The notes: generated by a model not told the origin, from the letters alone. A stretch of DNA of 64,000 nucleotides from Eledone cirrhosa (GCA_964016885.1 OZ024751.1:24986001-25050000); one strand, 5' to 3'. Shown: positions 13,856 through 28,468, counted from the stretch's first letter. Translations and numbers: made by a program.

Positions 13856-14796
13856 ATTTTTCCCCCTTTACAAATATTTCTATACAATGACTAACAGAAA
13901 TCCGCCGTGCTGGTGACAGGGTGTCTGTTAGTTCTGTATAAACTAAGGGAAGAGTATTTGATGTGGAGGGTATGTAATCACAGCAGAGTTGTTTTCTCTT
14001 TATTTTCTGTTCTGTCAAGAAACCAAAGTCTCTTCGTATTATCTTGTCACTATAAACCACATAAATTCTTCCATAAAACTGGATCGATAGCTTGGAATAG
14101 TCCTTCACAAAGGAACGAAAATATAGCAATTTATTTTCATAGAACTACGCAATATTTCGTTTCGGTATTATAAAAAAAAATATATAGCTACTCTTTTAGT
14201 TCTTTGAAAGATGTGAAGAGATAGTCTTGTTAATAGCAGACGGCCTAGACAGGTGAAAAATTACTTTTCCAATCGATAAGGTATTTGATGGAAATGATAA
14301 ATAGATGTGTGGGATGGCCTCGTCTGAAATATATATGTGAATAAGAAAGCATAGAGTACATAGCAAATAAATCCTGTCTTAAAAAATGTTTGTTTAACCT
14401 AATCTATTGTATCTAAAATCACATCATCTAATGAGTCCCTTTTCAAGAGGTTGGCATGTGATTTGAAGATGGTTTGGCTGCTATTCCTAGCAAGTGAAGC
14501 ATCCAACTTGAGCGCATCTTCGTTTGCTTATTATAGAAATATTAACAGATATCCAACTATTATTATAGTTCTCTGCACCATGGCGACTATATTTTCAAAT
14601 TTCAAACTTTCCAATGTTTTTGCAAGTCAACCAGGTTTATCTATACGGTAATAAATAGCCAGAGATCCTCTAGCTTACCGCACTTGTCCAGCATAAGAGA
14701 GATGCGTGTTTCAATTTTCCGTAGACATCTCTGCCCATTTTGTTCCGTACCCAGGGAGTACTTTACCTGATTTATTCACCTGTTATAGTTATCAAC

Positions 14797-15180
14797 CAGT
14801 ATCGGTAGAGGGTCGGACGCCATGCTTTGCAGCAAAGAGTTACGGCCCTTTATGCTCTGAGTTCAAATCCCGCCAAGGTTAACTTTGCCTTTCAATCTTA
14901 CGGGGTCGATAAAATAAAGCACCAGTAATGTATTGGGTAATTGCTGGCCTTGTGCCAAAAGTAGAAACAATTATTATAGTTACCTGCAAAGGGCGGTGAA
15001 TTGGCAATATCGGTAGAGGGTCGGATATGCTTTCCAGCGTAGTTACATCCCTTTACGATCTGAGTTCAAATGCCACCGAGGTTAACTTTGCCTTTCATCC
15101 TTACGGAGTCGATAAAATAAAGTACCAGTAATGTATTGGGTAATTGCTGGCCTTGTGCCAAAATTAGAAACAATTATTAT
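14797..15180 (+). mobile_element. Tandem dimer of SINE family 1
   Basis: Two successive units, each ending agaaacaattattatagtta. Confidence 0.85.
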
Positions 15181-15751
15181 AGTTATCTGCCTTGTGGTGA
15201 CTTTATTTCCCAATGCTTCTTAAATCACCCAATGCAATAGTGTAAAAAAAAACAAAAAAAACAAAATGGTTTAAAACTTGGCAGCCTGCTCCGTTAAGGA
15301 ATGAAACAATTCTTCTTTGGAACATCTCTTCTGTCAGTATGACGTTGAATGAAGAACCAGGTCACACGCATGGCTAAGTAACATCGGAAGATTATGTTCC
15401 AGCTATACACTGAGTGTCGAAAACCTATTTACTTAAAACCATTGTGAAATCAATAATGTGATTAAAGGTTAAAAACAACTTTGAAATACACAATATTTTT
15501 GAAATGTACTGACAGTTTATGTGGAATATTATCAGAACAACGTGGGTGCCTCAGATATCTAGATGGCTATGACCAAAATAAAGTGACTGGGGAGAGGATT
15601 AATAGAATTCCACATGGACATAAGCTGAGGTTTGATCAACTTCGGTCGGGTCACTTGGATGGGAGTGTAGATTGTAAAACTTGAACCACTCAGTGACTCA
15701 AGGATTCAAGATACAACAGTGGTAATATGTCCAAGTACTCGTTTACATAAG

Positions 15752-16012
15752 GAGGCGCGTGGCCCAGTCGAAAGGGGCTTGGATTTACGATCGTAATACC
15801 GTGGGTTCAGTTTTGGGGCGAAATAGTTCATTTCACGTTGCTCCAGTATACTCAGCTGAAAATGAGTACCAACAATAGCTGGGGGTTTAACCATTCGATG
15901 GACTGGCGTCCTGTCCAGGAGGAGTCTTGTACACTCAGTTGCTTCACGCCATGAAACCGGGATAAGCATCAGTCTAACGAGCCTTCTGGCTTGAGACAGA
16001 CTTTAGATTTAG
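15752..16012 (+). mobile_element. tRNA-derived SINE, family 3
   Basis: Head gaggcgcgtggcccagt..gggttcag, core actcagctgaaaatgagtacc and gatggactggcgtcctgtccagg, simple-repeat tail. Confidence 0.7.
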
Positions 16013-16034
16013 ACTCGTATACATGGATGTATAT

Positions 16035-16228
16035 AATTGTTTCTACTTTTGGCACAACGCCAGCAATTATCCCAGTGTATTACTGGTACTTTATTTTATC
16101 GACCCCATAAGGCTGAAAGGCAAAGTTAACCTCGACGGGATTTGAACTTAGAATGGCAAGAAGGGCCGTAACACTTTGCTGCAAAGCATGGCGACAGACC
16201 CTCTACCGACACTGCCAATCCACCGCCC
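16035..16228 (-). mobile_element. SINE family 1, full length
   Basis: Ends ccaatccaccgccc (reverse complement of the head). Confidence 0.85.
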
Positions 16229-16748
16229 TTGGATGTATATAATTAAAACAAATAGATGTGGTTCGATAAAGTAAAATAAAAAATATATGCTTCTCTTTGA
16301 GCACAACATAAAATCAAAAGTTCGCTGGTCGTCCCCTTAATAAGGCCTATGGAACTCTGGAAATTACAGGAATGAGAAAGAGAAGAATCACCAAAAACAA
16401 CGTGAAAGTAGTATAGAGGGAATCTAGATGACTCTGGCGGAAAAACAAGTGACTACATGGTTACTAGAATGGTACTTGGACACAGGCTGAGGATTGAGAG
16501 AGTTGGGTTAATTCACCAGAATGAAGGTACATGTAAAACCTGAAAAACTTAGTGACTCTAGGCCAGAACATGGATATGATGTACAGTAGAAGTTGTACGA
16601 AGAACTTAAGACAAAGTGAACGATGGAAGGCGATAATAGGTTAGATAAACGACAATATTTCATGTATATTAAAGATGCTTCAGATCTCTTGAGTAGTCTG
16701 TTCAGTACAGCACACATGTATAAATGAAGGTACACACACAGACACACA

Positions 16749-16884
16749 GTTCAGAATTAGCCGTCGAAACGGCTTCAGCTAAGCCGTCGGGGTCCTACTC
16801 GTTCCTATTACCCACTCTACTAACCTAAGTATTGAGTACTTTGGTGCGTTATGGTCCACCTGGTTCCTTACCACATTTCCTTCG

Positions 16885-16887
<3 letters not shown>
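16749..16887 (+). mobile_element. Family A 5'-truncated copy without inverted arm
   Basis: cagaattagccgtc-GAAA-cggct..agccg-TC-ggggtcc plus tail. Confidence 0.8.
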
Positions 16888-16934
<47 letters not shown>

Positions 16935-16946
16935 TTAATATAGATG

Positions 16947-16997
16947 AGATTCTACAGGACTAGAACTGTTTCATTCATTAGAAATCATCAGGAATCT
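16947..16997 (-). ncRNA. Type I hammerhead ribozyme (family B, minus arm)
   Basis: Reverse complement of the 17049-17099 motif. Confidence 0.85.
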
Positions 16998-17048
16998 GGG
17001 TATCAAAAAATAAAGATGGTATTTATAGGTCTCTATTTTTTGATACCC

Positions 17049-17099
17049 AGATTCCTGATGATTTCTAATGAATGAAACAGTTCTAGTCCTGTAGAATCT
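17049..17099 (+). ncRNA. Type I hammerhead ribozyme (family B, plus arm)
   Basis: agattc-CTGATGA-tttctaatgaat-GAAA-cag-ttctagtc-ctg-TA-gaatct; GUA triplet and 6-bp stem I. Confidence 0.9.
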
Positions 17100-17254
17100 C
17101 ATCTATATTAAAACTTTTATACTCTGCTATGTATTGAGTACCTTACTTACTGTGGTTACCTCCGATTCAACCCGGAATAACGTATATATATATATATATT
17201 ATAAACATAAACATTATATATATATCTATATATCTATATATATAATGTTTATGT

Positions 17255-17322
<68 letters not shown>

Positions 17323-17569
17323 ACATAAACATTATATATATATCTATACATCTCTATATATATATATACAATTCAATACATTAACAGAAAAAGCCTTAAG
17401 CGATACTCTGACCAACTCCATCTCACTCAACAAACATTAGGATATACCTAAGTATTTTCCCAATTTAATGTTTGGGGTGCTAACTAATCAGTATTTCGTG
17501 GATAGCTGGTTGTAGTATTTTATATGAGACATTATTAATATATATATATTATATTATAATCATAAACAT

Positions 17570-17600
<31 letters not shown>

Positions 17601-17654
17601 ATATACACACATACAGATGTTCACTGACGCACACACATATCTATGTGTACACAC

Positions 17655-17718
<64 letters not shown>

Positions 17719-18239
17719 CTTTAGAATTCATTTTAAATTTGATGTCTCTAAAGCAAGCAGAAGAAAGATATTTATTTAGATTCCTTCCATGGCTGTCAAC
17801 AGATATAAACGACATACCATTGTCACCAAGCAGGACAAAGAACGGTAGGAGAGAGAGAGGGGGAGAGAGAGAGAGTGAGAGAGTGAGAGAGAGAGAGAGA
17901 GAGAAAGAGAGAGGGATAGAGGGTTAGAGAGAGAGGAGGGAGAAAGAATGGGAGAGAGAGAGGAGGGAGAGAGAACGGGAGAGAGAGAGAGGGGTAGGAG
18001 AGAGAATGGGAGAGAGAGAGAGAGGAGGGAGAGAGAGGGGTCTATTGACGGTGGCTCTTATATTCGTAATGAAGAACCTACTACATGGTTGTAGCTAAAT
18101 CTGCTAAAAATAGCAGGCAATTCTCTGTCAACACACGCTGTACCCTCATAAAAATAGGACATTGGATAACGTAGTCTAATTTTTACTGCTTGTGTATATA
18201 TTTATTTATTTATTTATTTATTTATTTATATTTCTCTTA

Positions 18240-19860
18240 AGTCAGTATTGTTTGTTTGGGTGTTGTTGTTATTCCATTTATTTTTTTCTGTTTAGTTTTG
18301 GCTTTCTAAGCTCTATTTCGCTCGCTTCTTGATTTGCCTACTTGTTGGGTCATTTCTATGTTTAGATATTATTTTAATTTCTATGTTGTCTATGTTCCCG
18401 TCATGTTTTTGTCTGGCGTATTCGTATAGTACTGAGCCGTTTTTTGTCCTTTTAATTCAACCCCAGTGTTGGTCTATTCTTTCTCCTATGCTTCGAGCTG
18501 TCTCACCTATGTATGTCGTTGTCAAGTTTCTGCAAGTACCCTCTGTACATCTTATGCTATAGACTACATTTCTAGTTTTACAGTTTATCTGGGGGTTCAC
18601 CTTACATATAACACATTCCTTATTAGTACAGTGGGTTTTCTTAAAGGGGTAAGTTTTGCTGATCTGGGATTTTATGGTAGTTCCTGGCTTTTCTACCACT
18701 TTAATCTTTAAGTGGGTCTTTCTTAGGGCCTTTCTACATTGGTTAGGTAATTTACCCCCAGGGGTAGCATCCACGAACATGACACTCTGGTATCTCTGGT
18801 TGTCGTACTATGAGGTGGCTTTCCCTATCTTATATTTAGTCCTATCTAAGCTATTCCATGATTTGCTCCTGTATAATGGGAAAATTCCTTTCATGTCCAG
18901 TTCTATGAGGGCCTTATACTTCTCCGTAGCTCCTTTGTATACTATGATTCTGTTTCTTTGGTTGTAGCCAGAGAACTGCATGCGGTTGATGAAGTGTTGG
19001 ATGTGTCTTTCCATTTCAGTTGGGTCGCACATGGGACACGTTCTACATCACTCGTACCAAGTCTGCGATCTGAATATTAAACTTAGCACTACTGGACATT
19101 GCTGAGTTTTTGAGTATCAGGTATTTGGAGGCCATGGGTTTAGCATAGTGTGAGTGGAGAATTTGGGCCTCTCTTCTATAGTGTTAATCCAGAGTTCCGT
19201 GTCTAATACAGGTAGTCTATTGTTAGGGTGTTTGGAAGGGTAGTCAACAGTTACAGTTATACTCTGGTGTATGGAGTTAGCTATCTACTGTATGCTTTCC
19301 ATTGTGCTATATTCTAAATCACGTTCGTTACTACTCTCTTGTGGGGGGTGTTCTTATTACTCTATTCATATCGTCTACGTAACGAGAGTACATGACGAGG
19401 TCTATAGAGCTCTCTTCAAGGAGATCTTTGAGTCTCCTTTCCCACCATACCATAAATAAATTGGCAACATCACCACCTATGCTGACGCCAATAGCTGCCC
19501 CCTCATTCTGGGTGTAGATCTTTTCGTGAATTTAAACACATGGCCCTTTGGGGTAGTTTTAATACTAGCCCCTATTGCATGCGCAACCATTTTTCTCACC
19601 TGATTATTGTTTTTGGGTGTCCGTATGGCTTTGGTCCACCCATTCCACCTTCCCATGGGAGGCTTTTTTGCCATTGACGTTATGGTGGTGGTGGTGGTGG
19701 TGGTGGGGGGGGGGGGGTCTATCTCGAAAAGGTCTACTGGGCAGAAACGGCTAAGGTCATGGCTATCTAGGTACACGGTGTCATAAGTAAGTCTAAGAAG
19801 GAGGCCCAGTTCATCTGTGTCAACATCGCAGAACTTCACCTCACTCTCAGTGATTATATC
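18240..19860 (-). pseudogene. Decayed Penelope-like retroelement: RT, Cys-rich linker, GIY-YIG endonuclease
   Basis: ORF pieces 19477-19890 (RT N-terminal part), 18808-19032 (FINRMQFSGY) and 18457-18780 (CTNKECVIC..NCKTRNVVYSIRC..YIGETARSIGERIDQH). Frameshifted; homologous to 45590-46960. Confidence 0.85.
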
Positions 19861-19940
19861 CACACATATACTCACACACAATGTATACATGCATATATAT
19901 ATATGTGTTTATATATATATGTTTATATATATATATATAT

Positions 19941-20078
19941 TAAAATAACCGATTACAGTTTAAGCAAAGAATCGCTGCTTTCACCCTTAACGGGATCTTC
20001 TTAACGGTTCTTATATATTTGATATATATTTATCCTTATCGAGCCCTCTTTGGATTTTAGTCTTCAAATTTATGATTA

Positions 20079-20080
<2 letters not shown>
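19941..20080. mobile_element. Family G rearranged fragment
   Basis: agtttaagcaaagaatcgctgctttcacccttaacgggatcttc plus tail tatccttatcgagccctctttggattttagtc. Confidence 0.7.
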
Positions 20081-20160
<80 letters not shown>

Positions 20161-20253
20161 TTCATATATATCCATATTTCTATATATGCGTTTAAATATA
20201 TATGTTTATATATATAAACATATATATATATTAACACATATTTTTATATATGT

Positions 20254-20333
<80 letters not shown>

Positions 20334-20786
20334 GTGTGTGTGTGTGTGTGTATTTGGAGAGGGCAGTCCCCAATAGAATATTTCTTTTACAGGCACTCTC
20401 CAAATCGAAATTTCAATTTTCAATTGCCTATTCTCTTTTCCCTGTCTTCCATTATATGTTTGGGTTCAACGTAACCCTGTTATGTGTATTTCTGAGGAAG
20501 TTGCCTGATGCGACCATCCTGTCTTGCATCGTAATTAGATGACTGAGCTTGGTCATCGAAATATGTATAGTGTTTTCACGAAATTAAAATTTTAAAGCAA
20601 ATTTAATATATACTATCAGAAAAACCACCGTTGTGGTTAATAAAGAAAGTATTATTATTATTATTAGAGGCACAAAGCCAGCAATTACCCAGTGCATTAC
20701 TGATAAAATAAAGTACCTGTAATACACTGGGTAATTGCTGGCCTTGTGCCTAAAGTAGAAACAATTATTATTATTATTATTATTAC

Positions 20787-20823
<37 letters not shown>

Positions 20824-20990
20824 GTTCTTTGAGTCTCAGTCATTGATGTTATTTAACTGGAAAGTTTGTTGAAATGAATATCAAGCCACTACCTGCAGCA
20901 TCAGATATTCAGGACGTATCGGAGGGTTCTTGCTGTTCCCAGCAAGCATGTCTTTTGAAGTGTTCCAAAAAGCAGGGTGTATTGTCCCCT
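20824..20990 (-). pseudogene. R4/Dong-type non-LTR retrotransposon 3' end in (TAA)n
   Basis: Reverse complement translates FGTLQKTCLLGTARTLRYVLNI* (stop at 20901-20903), the typical R4/Dong C-terminus. The 3' UTR runs into (TAA)n. Confidence 0.75.
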
Positions 20991-21674
20991 ACATGTCGGC
21001 CTTGTGGCTAATAAATGAAATCTAATGCACTGGGTAATTTCTGGCCTTGTGCCTAAAGTAGAAACAATTATTAATATTATATATATATATATGATATGCT
21101 ATCCAAGAGTAGACGATACATGATGACGATTGCTGTCTACAAATCGCTTTATTTTCGACCAACCTAAAACAAAATAAAACAAAACACAAAACTGCCGAAG
21201 TTTAGCCAGAGGCAAAAATGACCTAGAAAAATTTGTTGTAAAAAGGTCACAGTTAGGACGACAAGAACTTTTGGCGGTGGCTGAATTTTATAGCTTGTGT
21301 GTGGACACAACATAGAGATAGGATCATATGAAACCCCTCTAAAACTCAACAAATACAGACACATAAAGGGAAGTTAGTTTCTCATGTACATACATGGCAG
21401 ACAGATAAATATGACCAAGGGATTAATAAAGACTTTATTCTAACTGATTAATAACTGGATAAATATTGCTATCATCGTATGGTATTAAATGTTAGTTATC
21501 TCACTCCATCACAAGCCAACTATTCCCTCACACCACCTCTTCCGTCCTATCTTTCTCCTTCCCTTACTTTTCTTTTATTCAACCTATTACTAGTAACTTC
21601 CTTATTTACGTCCCTTACTTCAAATCTTTTATGTGTGTGTATATATACATACATATATACATACATACATATAT

Positions 21675-21772
<98 letters not shown>

Positions 21773-22064
21773 ATATATTCTGTAAAATACATACCAAGCT
21801 GGCATATATCTTCCTATATTTGTGATTACAACCACGGATCCAAGCAATATAGATATATATTTATAGTTGCATAGTTATATATATATCGACAGTCACCGAC
21901 AGATCCAAGACCTCACTGGCTTAATGAGTGAGGTGGAGCTTGTCAAATCGGACCGAGCAAACAATGTTTCCATTGATCTTTCCAATTGCTAATACTATTT
22001 GTCGGTCCCAACTCCAGGAAGAAGTAGCAACGTGAGATAGGTGCCCCGTTGCAGGACATAACGC

Positions 22065-22111
<47 letters not shown>

Positions 22112-22115
<4 letters not shown>

Positions 22116-22316
22116 AACGAGTAGGACCCCGACGGCTGAGCTCAAGCCGTTTCGACGGCTAATTCAGGAATAAAAAAGTCCAGAATTAGCCGTCGAAACG
22201 GCTTGAGCTCAGCTGTCGGAGTCCTACTCGTTCCTATTACCCACTCTGCTACCCTAAGTATTGAGTACTTTGGTGCGTTATGGTCCACCTGGTTCTTTAC
22301 CACATTTCCTTCGTTA
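22112..22316 (+). mobile_element. Family A fold-back element
   Basis: Inverted arms around aattcaggaataaaaaagtccagaatt, plus tail. Confidence 0.85.
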
Positions 22317-22353
22317 TATATAAATATATATATATATTCGGGCAGTGTTCTGA

Positions 22354-22538
22354 AAGTCTATTGAGTAAGGGTCCTTTGGCGAATAGTATTTCGTAACTCT
22401 CGGAAATACAAAGGTCACAACAATTATGGACTCCTGTGTAAGACCGCGCTCTCTGGAGTAGTTTCCATTTGAGCGTAAAGGAGATAGAGTTCCTTTTTAT
22501 TTCCGAGAGTTATGAAATACTATTGGCCAAAGGACCCT

Positions 22539-22543
<5 letters not shown>
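22354..22543. mobile_element. Fold-back element (family L)
   Basis: agtaagggtcctttggcgaatagtatttcgtaactctcggaaata and its inverted copy at about 22497-22542. Confidence 0.6.
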
Positions 22544-22624
<81 letters not shown>

Positions 22625-22629
22625 AAATA

Positions 22630-23051
22630 TACACGGGTGTGTATGATTGTGTATAGAAGATTATATTAATAAAAAGAATTCCAACTTTGTTTGATTTACT
22701 CGCTTTATTTACAACCCTTTAAAATTTATAATGGTATTAGAATGAAATAGTATGGTAGAATATTAAATGTTAAGTGTTAAGTGTTAATTGAACAAGTACT
22801 TTCATGCTTTCGCAATCTTCAGGTTCATAATGTGTGGTGACAGTCAAGTTTGCAATTTTCAACTGTTGAAAATTGCAAACTTGACTGTCACCACACATTA
22901 TGAACCTGAAGATTGCGAAAGCATGAAAGTACTTCTTCAATTAACACTTAACACTTAATATTCTACCATACTATTTCATTCTAATACCATTATAAATTTT
23001 AAAGGATTGTAAATAAAGCGAGTAAATCAGACAAAGTTGGAATTCCTTTTA

Positions 23052-23056
<5 letters not shown>
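22630..23056 (-). mobile_element. Family F near-perfect palindrome (centre about 22864) with HHRs on both strands
   Basis: Arms of about 195 bp. HHR tgaac-CTGAAGA-ttgcgaaagcat-GAAA-gtac-TT-gttca at 22789-22827 (-) and 22901-22939 (+, one stem I mismatch). Confidence 0.85.
22789..22827 (-). ncRNA. Minimal type I hammerhead ribozyme (family F)
   Basis: Stem I tgaac/gttca; stem II tgc-gaaa-gca; palindromic stem III A-gtac-T. Confidence 0.85.
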
Positions 23057-23148
<92 letters not shown>

Positions 23149-23662
23149 CTGATGGTAGGTAGCTAAGATGGTTCCATAGGCGGTATGCCGGTTGAGCACT
23201 CTATGCTCTTACAGAGCAGAGTATGATATAATAGAAAACGAAAAATCAGTGATATATACATGTGTGTGAAAGCTTATACCTGTATATGTGCATATGTAAT
23301 AATTGTTTCTACTTTTGGCACAAGGCCAGCAATTACCCAGTACATTACTGGTACTTTATTTTATCTACCCCGTAAGGATGAAAGGCAAAGTTAACCTTGG
23401 CGGGATTTGTGCATATATAATAATATCTGTACATCCATCTATATCTGTCACCCCCCCCCCCCACGCATATGTATAAGTTACTCATCTATAAATACTCTCT
23501 TTGTTATGCTACTAATAGTTACTCTCTCTCTCTCTCTCTCTCTGTCACTCCACCATCTCCCAATTCTCTTTTCATCCTTCAACTTGCATGAAAGGGGCTA
23601 AATAGGTTAATAAACCCTCCATTGACGGCTAATCCAGACTGATGACGAATTCCTTATCACCA

Positions 23663-23737
<75 letters not shown>

Positions 23738-23979
23738 GACTCCTACCACCACCACCACCACTAATCAAGCTAATCAAGATATTACAATAATTATCAAACA
23801 CGAGTGTATATAAACACAAATGTAGACATACCGGACACTATAATGAAATATTTGTATACACACTTTTGTAGATATTTTCCATCCATCCATCCACACATAC
23901 ACATGCACACACACATATATATATATATAATGCATGTATCTATATATGTAAGTATAAATGTAAATATATACATGCATAC

Positions 23980-24192
23980 GAGCTGGTTTTGTTAAACATC
24001 CGAAGTGACATGAGCCATGGAGAAATCGAGCTGTGAGTTGGTTCTACTACCAAACATTCCACGGTATATTTGCAGTTAATGTGGCTTAATTTGCAAGTCA
24101 GCGGGTGGGCTTACCAGACATGGTAAAATGCATGTAGACACCCCCCCCCACCACCCTCCGCTGGGGATTACTCGAAATCGAGTTGCAGCCAC

Positions 24193-24195
<3 letters not shown>
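23980..24195 (+). pseudogene. RTE-type LINE 3' end with C2H2 finger remnant and (CAT)n tail
   Basis: YICS*CGLICKSAGGLTRHGKMH; terminal ctcgaaatcgagttgcagccacca shared with 34491-35100. Confidence 0.6.
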
Positions 24196-24236
<41 letters not shown>

Positions 24237-24257
24237 ATCATCATCATATATATATAT

Positions 24258-24420
24258 AATTGTTTCTACTTTAGGCACGAGGCCAGCAATTACCCAGTAC
24301 ATTACTGGTACTTTATTTTATCGACCCCGTAAGGCTGAAAGGCAAAGTTAACCTCGGCGGGATTTGAACTCAGACTGTAAAGGGCCGTAACTCTATGCTA
24401 GAAAGCATAGAGTTACGGCT
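24258..24420 (-). mobile_element. SINE family 1
   Basis: Same consensus as 1100-1290, reverse strand. Confidence 0.8.
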
Positions 24421-24422
24421 CC

Positions 24423-24910
24423 TTATTCTAGATGTGGAAATCGGCTCCTTATTCTAGATGTGGAAATCGGGTCCTTTGGCACCATACAGTGACGGCCTGT
24501 TCGGGCCTTAGTCCAGCTCCCAATTCCAAAGTTTGGTGCTAGTCCCTCCAGGATTTCCCATATGTGTATCACTGCGTATCTCACCCGTCTTCGTCCCCAA
24601 TAGCTTATCTCCTCAATCGTCGCAATCCTCTTGGTGTAGCTTCGCTGGATTGCCTCAAGCTCCGTGGTTAGTTTGACACTATGGGATGACCACAGCTGGG
24701 AGCAATAGTCCAGGCGGCTTAGGACAAATGTCCTCCATCGTATCAACATGGTATCTCGGTCTCGTTCCCGGAAAGTCCTCAAGATCCAGCCAGCGAGTCG
24801 TCTGCTCATTGTCACCACCCTCATGATGTGTGAAGAAAAAGATGCATCGGCGCTCGTGTCCATTCCCAGGTCTCGTGTGTCGAGAATTTCGATCCCGCCT
24901 GGTCCAGTGT
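24423..24910 (-). pseudogene. CR1/L2-group LINE ORF2 C-terminal fragment
   Basis: FSSHI...GWILRTF...WRTFVLSRLDYCSQLWS..ELEAIQRSYTKRI matches the post-RT region of CR1-group ORF2. Confidence 0.75.
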
Positions 24911-24929
24911 TGTGTTGTATTTGTATATT

Positions 24930-24983
<54 letters not shown>

Positions 24984-25409
24984 AGTGTTTCCGTAGAAAA
25001 GGTAAAAGAAAAACTCAATCACCCTGAACTTCCTCTTTTTACAAATTAACTCTTCCACTCAATACCCAGATCTCTTTATGAACACATACATATTACCACA
25101 ACCATTATACACAATTAACACCCACTTATTTATTTTAATTATACCCACCCCGCCCCCTTTCTGTCATACTTTTAACACATACACACCGACCACCCTCTTT
25201 CTGTCCACCCTTCTTAACCTTTTAGAGACCCTGAATACTCCCCCCCTTTTTAACCTTTAACCCTTACTTTATCTACAACCACTAACACACACATATTCAC
25301 TTTATTCACATATGCTTTGTCATAAACTTTCACTAACATTATCCCTTTTTCTTTCTACCTATTTGTTATACTCATTCTACATACACCCCTTACATTCCAT
25401 TATTTTCTT

Positions 25410-25781
25410 GTGGATTGGCAGTATCAGTAGAGGGTCGGACGCCATGCTTTCCAGCATAGTTACGTCCCTTTACGATCTGAGTTCAAATCCCGCCGAGGTT
25501 GACTTTGCCTTTCATCCTTACGGGGTCGATAAAATAAAGTACCAGTAATGCACTGGGATAATTGCTGGCCTTGTGCCAAAAGTAGAAACAATTATTATAG
25601 AAAGTATCGGTAGAGAGTCGGACGCCATGCTTTGCAGCATAGAGTTACGGCCCTTTATGGTCTGAGTTCAAATCATGCCGAGGTTAACTTTGCCTTTCAA
25701 CCTTACGGGGGTGGATAAAATAAAGTACCAGTAATACACTGGGATAATTGATGGCCTTGTGCCAAAAGAAGAAACAATTAT
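25410..25781 (+). mobile_element. Tandem dimer of SINE family 1
   Basis: Two units at about 25410-25597 and 25603-25781. Confidence 0.85.
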
Positions 25782-25949
25782 TTTCTTTACGGGAACCCTA
25801 TTTCTCACTCTCTATATATAAATGTATATATATATAAAATCGTGTGTCGAAACAAATATTGTTATACTTGGGGAGGGTCATATTGTTGTAATAATATTGG
25901 CAGAAATAATAACAAAAAGTAACAATGCACCTAGACGTTACGCACAAAA

Positions 25950-26038
25950 CACACACACTCACACTCACATACACACATACACACTTATATAGGTATATAC
26001 TTTTATATACATACTTATATCTATATATACATACATAC

Positions 26039-26074
<36 letters not shown>

Positions 26075-26835
26075 TCACATACACACATACACATTTATAT
26101 AGGTATATACTTTTATATACATACATATATCTATATATACATACATACATACATATATATACACACACACACACACTCACATACACACATACACACTTAT
26201 ATAGGTATATACTTTTATATACATACTTATATCTATATATACATACATACATACATACATATATATATACACACACACACTCACATACACACATACACAC
26301 TTATATAGGTATATACTTTTATATACATACATATATCTATATATACATACATACATACATATATATATATATACATACATACATACATATATATATATAC
26401 ACACACACACACACTCACATACACACATACACACTTATATAGGTATATACTTTTATATACATACTTATATCTATATATACATACATACATACATACATAT
26501 ACACACACACACACACACACACTCACATACACACATACACACTTATATAGGTATATACTTTTATATACATACTTATATCTATATATACATACATACATAT
26601 ATATATATATACACACACACACACTCACATACACACATACACACTTATATAGGTATATACTTTTATATACATACATATATCTATATATACATACATACAT
26701 ACATATATATATACACACACACACACACACTCACATACACACATACACACTTATATAGGTATATACTTTTATATACATACATATATCTATATATACATAC
26801 ATACATTTATATACACACACACACACACACACTCA
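25950..26835. repeat. Microsatellite-derived minisatellite, 8 units of about 100-135 bp
   Basis: Marker ttatataggtatatacttttatatacatac recurs 8 times. Confidence 0.85.
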
Positions 26836-26937
26836 TATATATATATATATATATATATGTTTGAGTGTTTGTGTATCTCATTCTCTGTTTCTTTTTCTTT
26901 CTATTTATCTCTCTCTCCTCTCTCTATACCCCTCCCC

Positions 26938-26982
<45 letters not shown>

Positions 26983-27151
26983 CATATACGTGTATGTATA
27001 ACCAAATATTGAAACTCTTATGCAAATGTCATATAAATATCAAATTATGGTTATTCACTCTGTAAATAATAAAAAAATAATACATATATACATACATATA
27101 TATATACATATATACATACACACACACATATACATATATACATATATGCAT

Positions 27152-27182
<31 letters not shown>

Positions 27183-28376
27183 CATAAATTCACTCATACA
27201 TACTCAGATACATGCATACACTCAACCACACATACAACATACATACATTCACTTATACATACATACATTCACTGATACATACATACAATCACTCATACAT
27301 ATATACATATATATATACATATATTTCTTAAATATTAATCGAATGTTTCACCTCCATCCTGGTGTACCCCCCACGTATCATCATCGTGTTATCTTTTACG
27401 AAGATAACACATCTCACCGATTGTGGTTCGTTCTTTATGATGTCGTCAGATTTCAATGATAAATGAGATAATAATTATAGTTATGACATTCAAAACATCT
27501 CGTAATAACGATGACTTTTCAATTTTTCCTCATTAAAAACAAAAATTAACCTTTTTTTGTTGTTGTAAACCTAAATAAAAACGCAGTATGCCATTTTCGG
27601 TTTTGTTGTTGATCTATTTTGTTGTGTTTTCTATTGTATAATTTCAAAAATTGTTTAAAGGAAACTCTGATCTTCAATTGCAGGCAAGGTGGTAACGTAA
27701 AATTACACACACATGTACACCATGTCCGAACACAGAGGAACCAAACTCCCACTGTCATCGCCTCCGTCTTTCCTGCCCTCCTCATCTCTCACTATTATGA
27801 GCAAATGGGGTCCCACACGCTGGCCGCCCCACGCATAAAAATATGTATATGTATGTGTGGTAACACCGTCGGTGGCAACGATGAATGTGTCAGTTGGTTG
27901 ACCTACTCGTGAAAGTGAAAGTTACCAAGCATTGCCGTACCAAAGATGAATTCAGGAATATTGAAGGTGACCAGGCTCCATTTATTTCCAGCTCAATGAA
28001 ATAAGGGAACCTGAAATAGGGTGTTTTGCTCAAAGACGAAACACCCTCACATGAGTCAAACAATCTTAATATCGTGAACCGAAATCTTTAACCATTAAAC
28101 CACGTTGCCATCACATTATGTGTGTGTACGTACAGCTATTGCTCCATTGTTCCAACCACACATACATATACACATGCAAACATAAATTAATGCATATATA
28201 TATATATTACAAATATCTATATATATGTATATATATTCATACATACATTCGTGTAAACACACTCACACACAGAAATATATGACTTTGAAATATCTGACTC
28301 AATAACTACCATGAATAATAGTTGAGAAAATTAGTTAAAGTAGGCAACAAAACATGGAATAAAGAGCATATTTTCT

Positions 28377-28426
<50 letters not shown>

Positions 28427-28468
28427 TATAGATAGATAGATAGATAGATATATATATGTATATATATA

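Larger units (their letters stand above)
16932..17172 (+). mobile_element. Family B fold-back element with a complete HHR on each strand
   Basis: Inverted arms about 16932-17012 and 17034-17115, then unique tail ...gtattgagtaccttacttactgtggttacc... Confidence 0.85.

Noticed and set aside
15481-16730. Purine-rich stretches at 15481-15710 and 16330-16730 as possible LINE or exon remnants
   Set aside because: No recognisable protein motif in the frames I could read.
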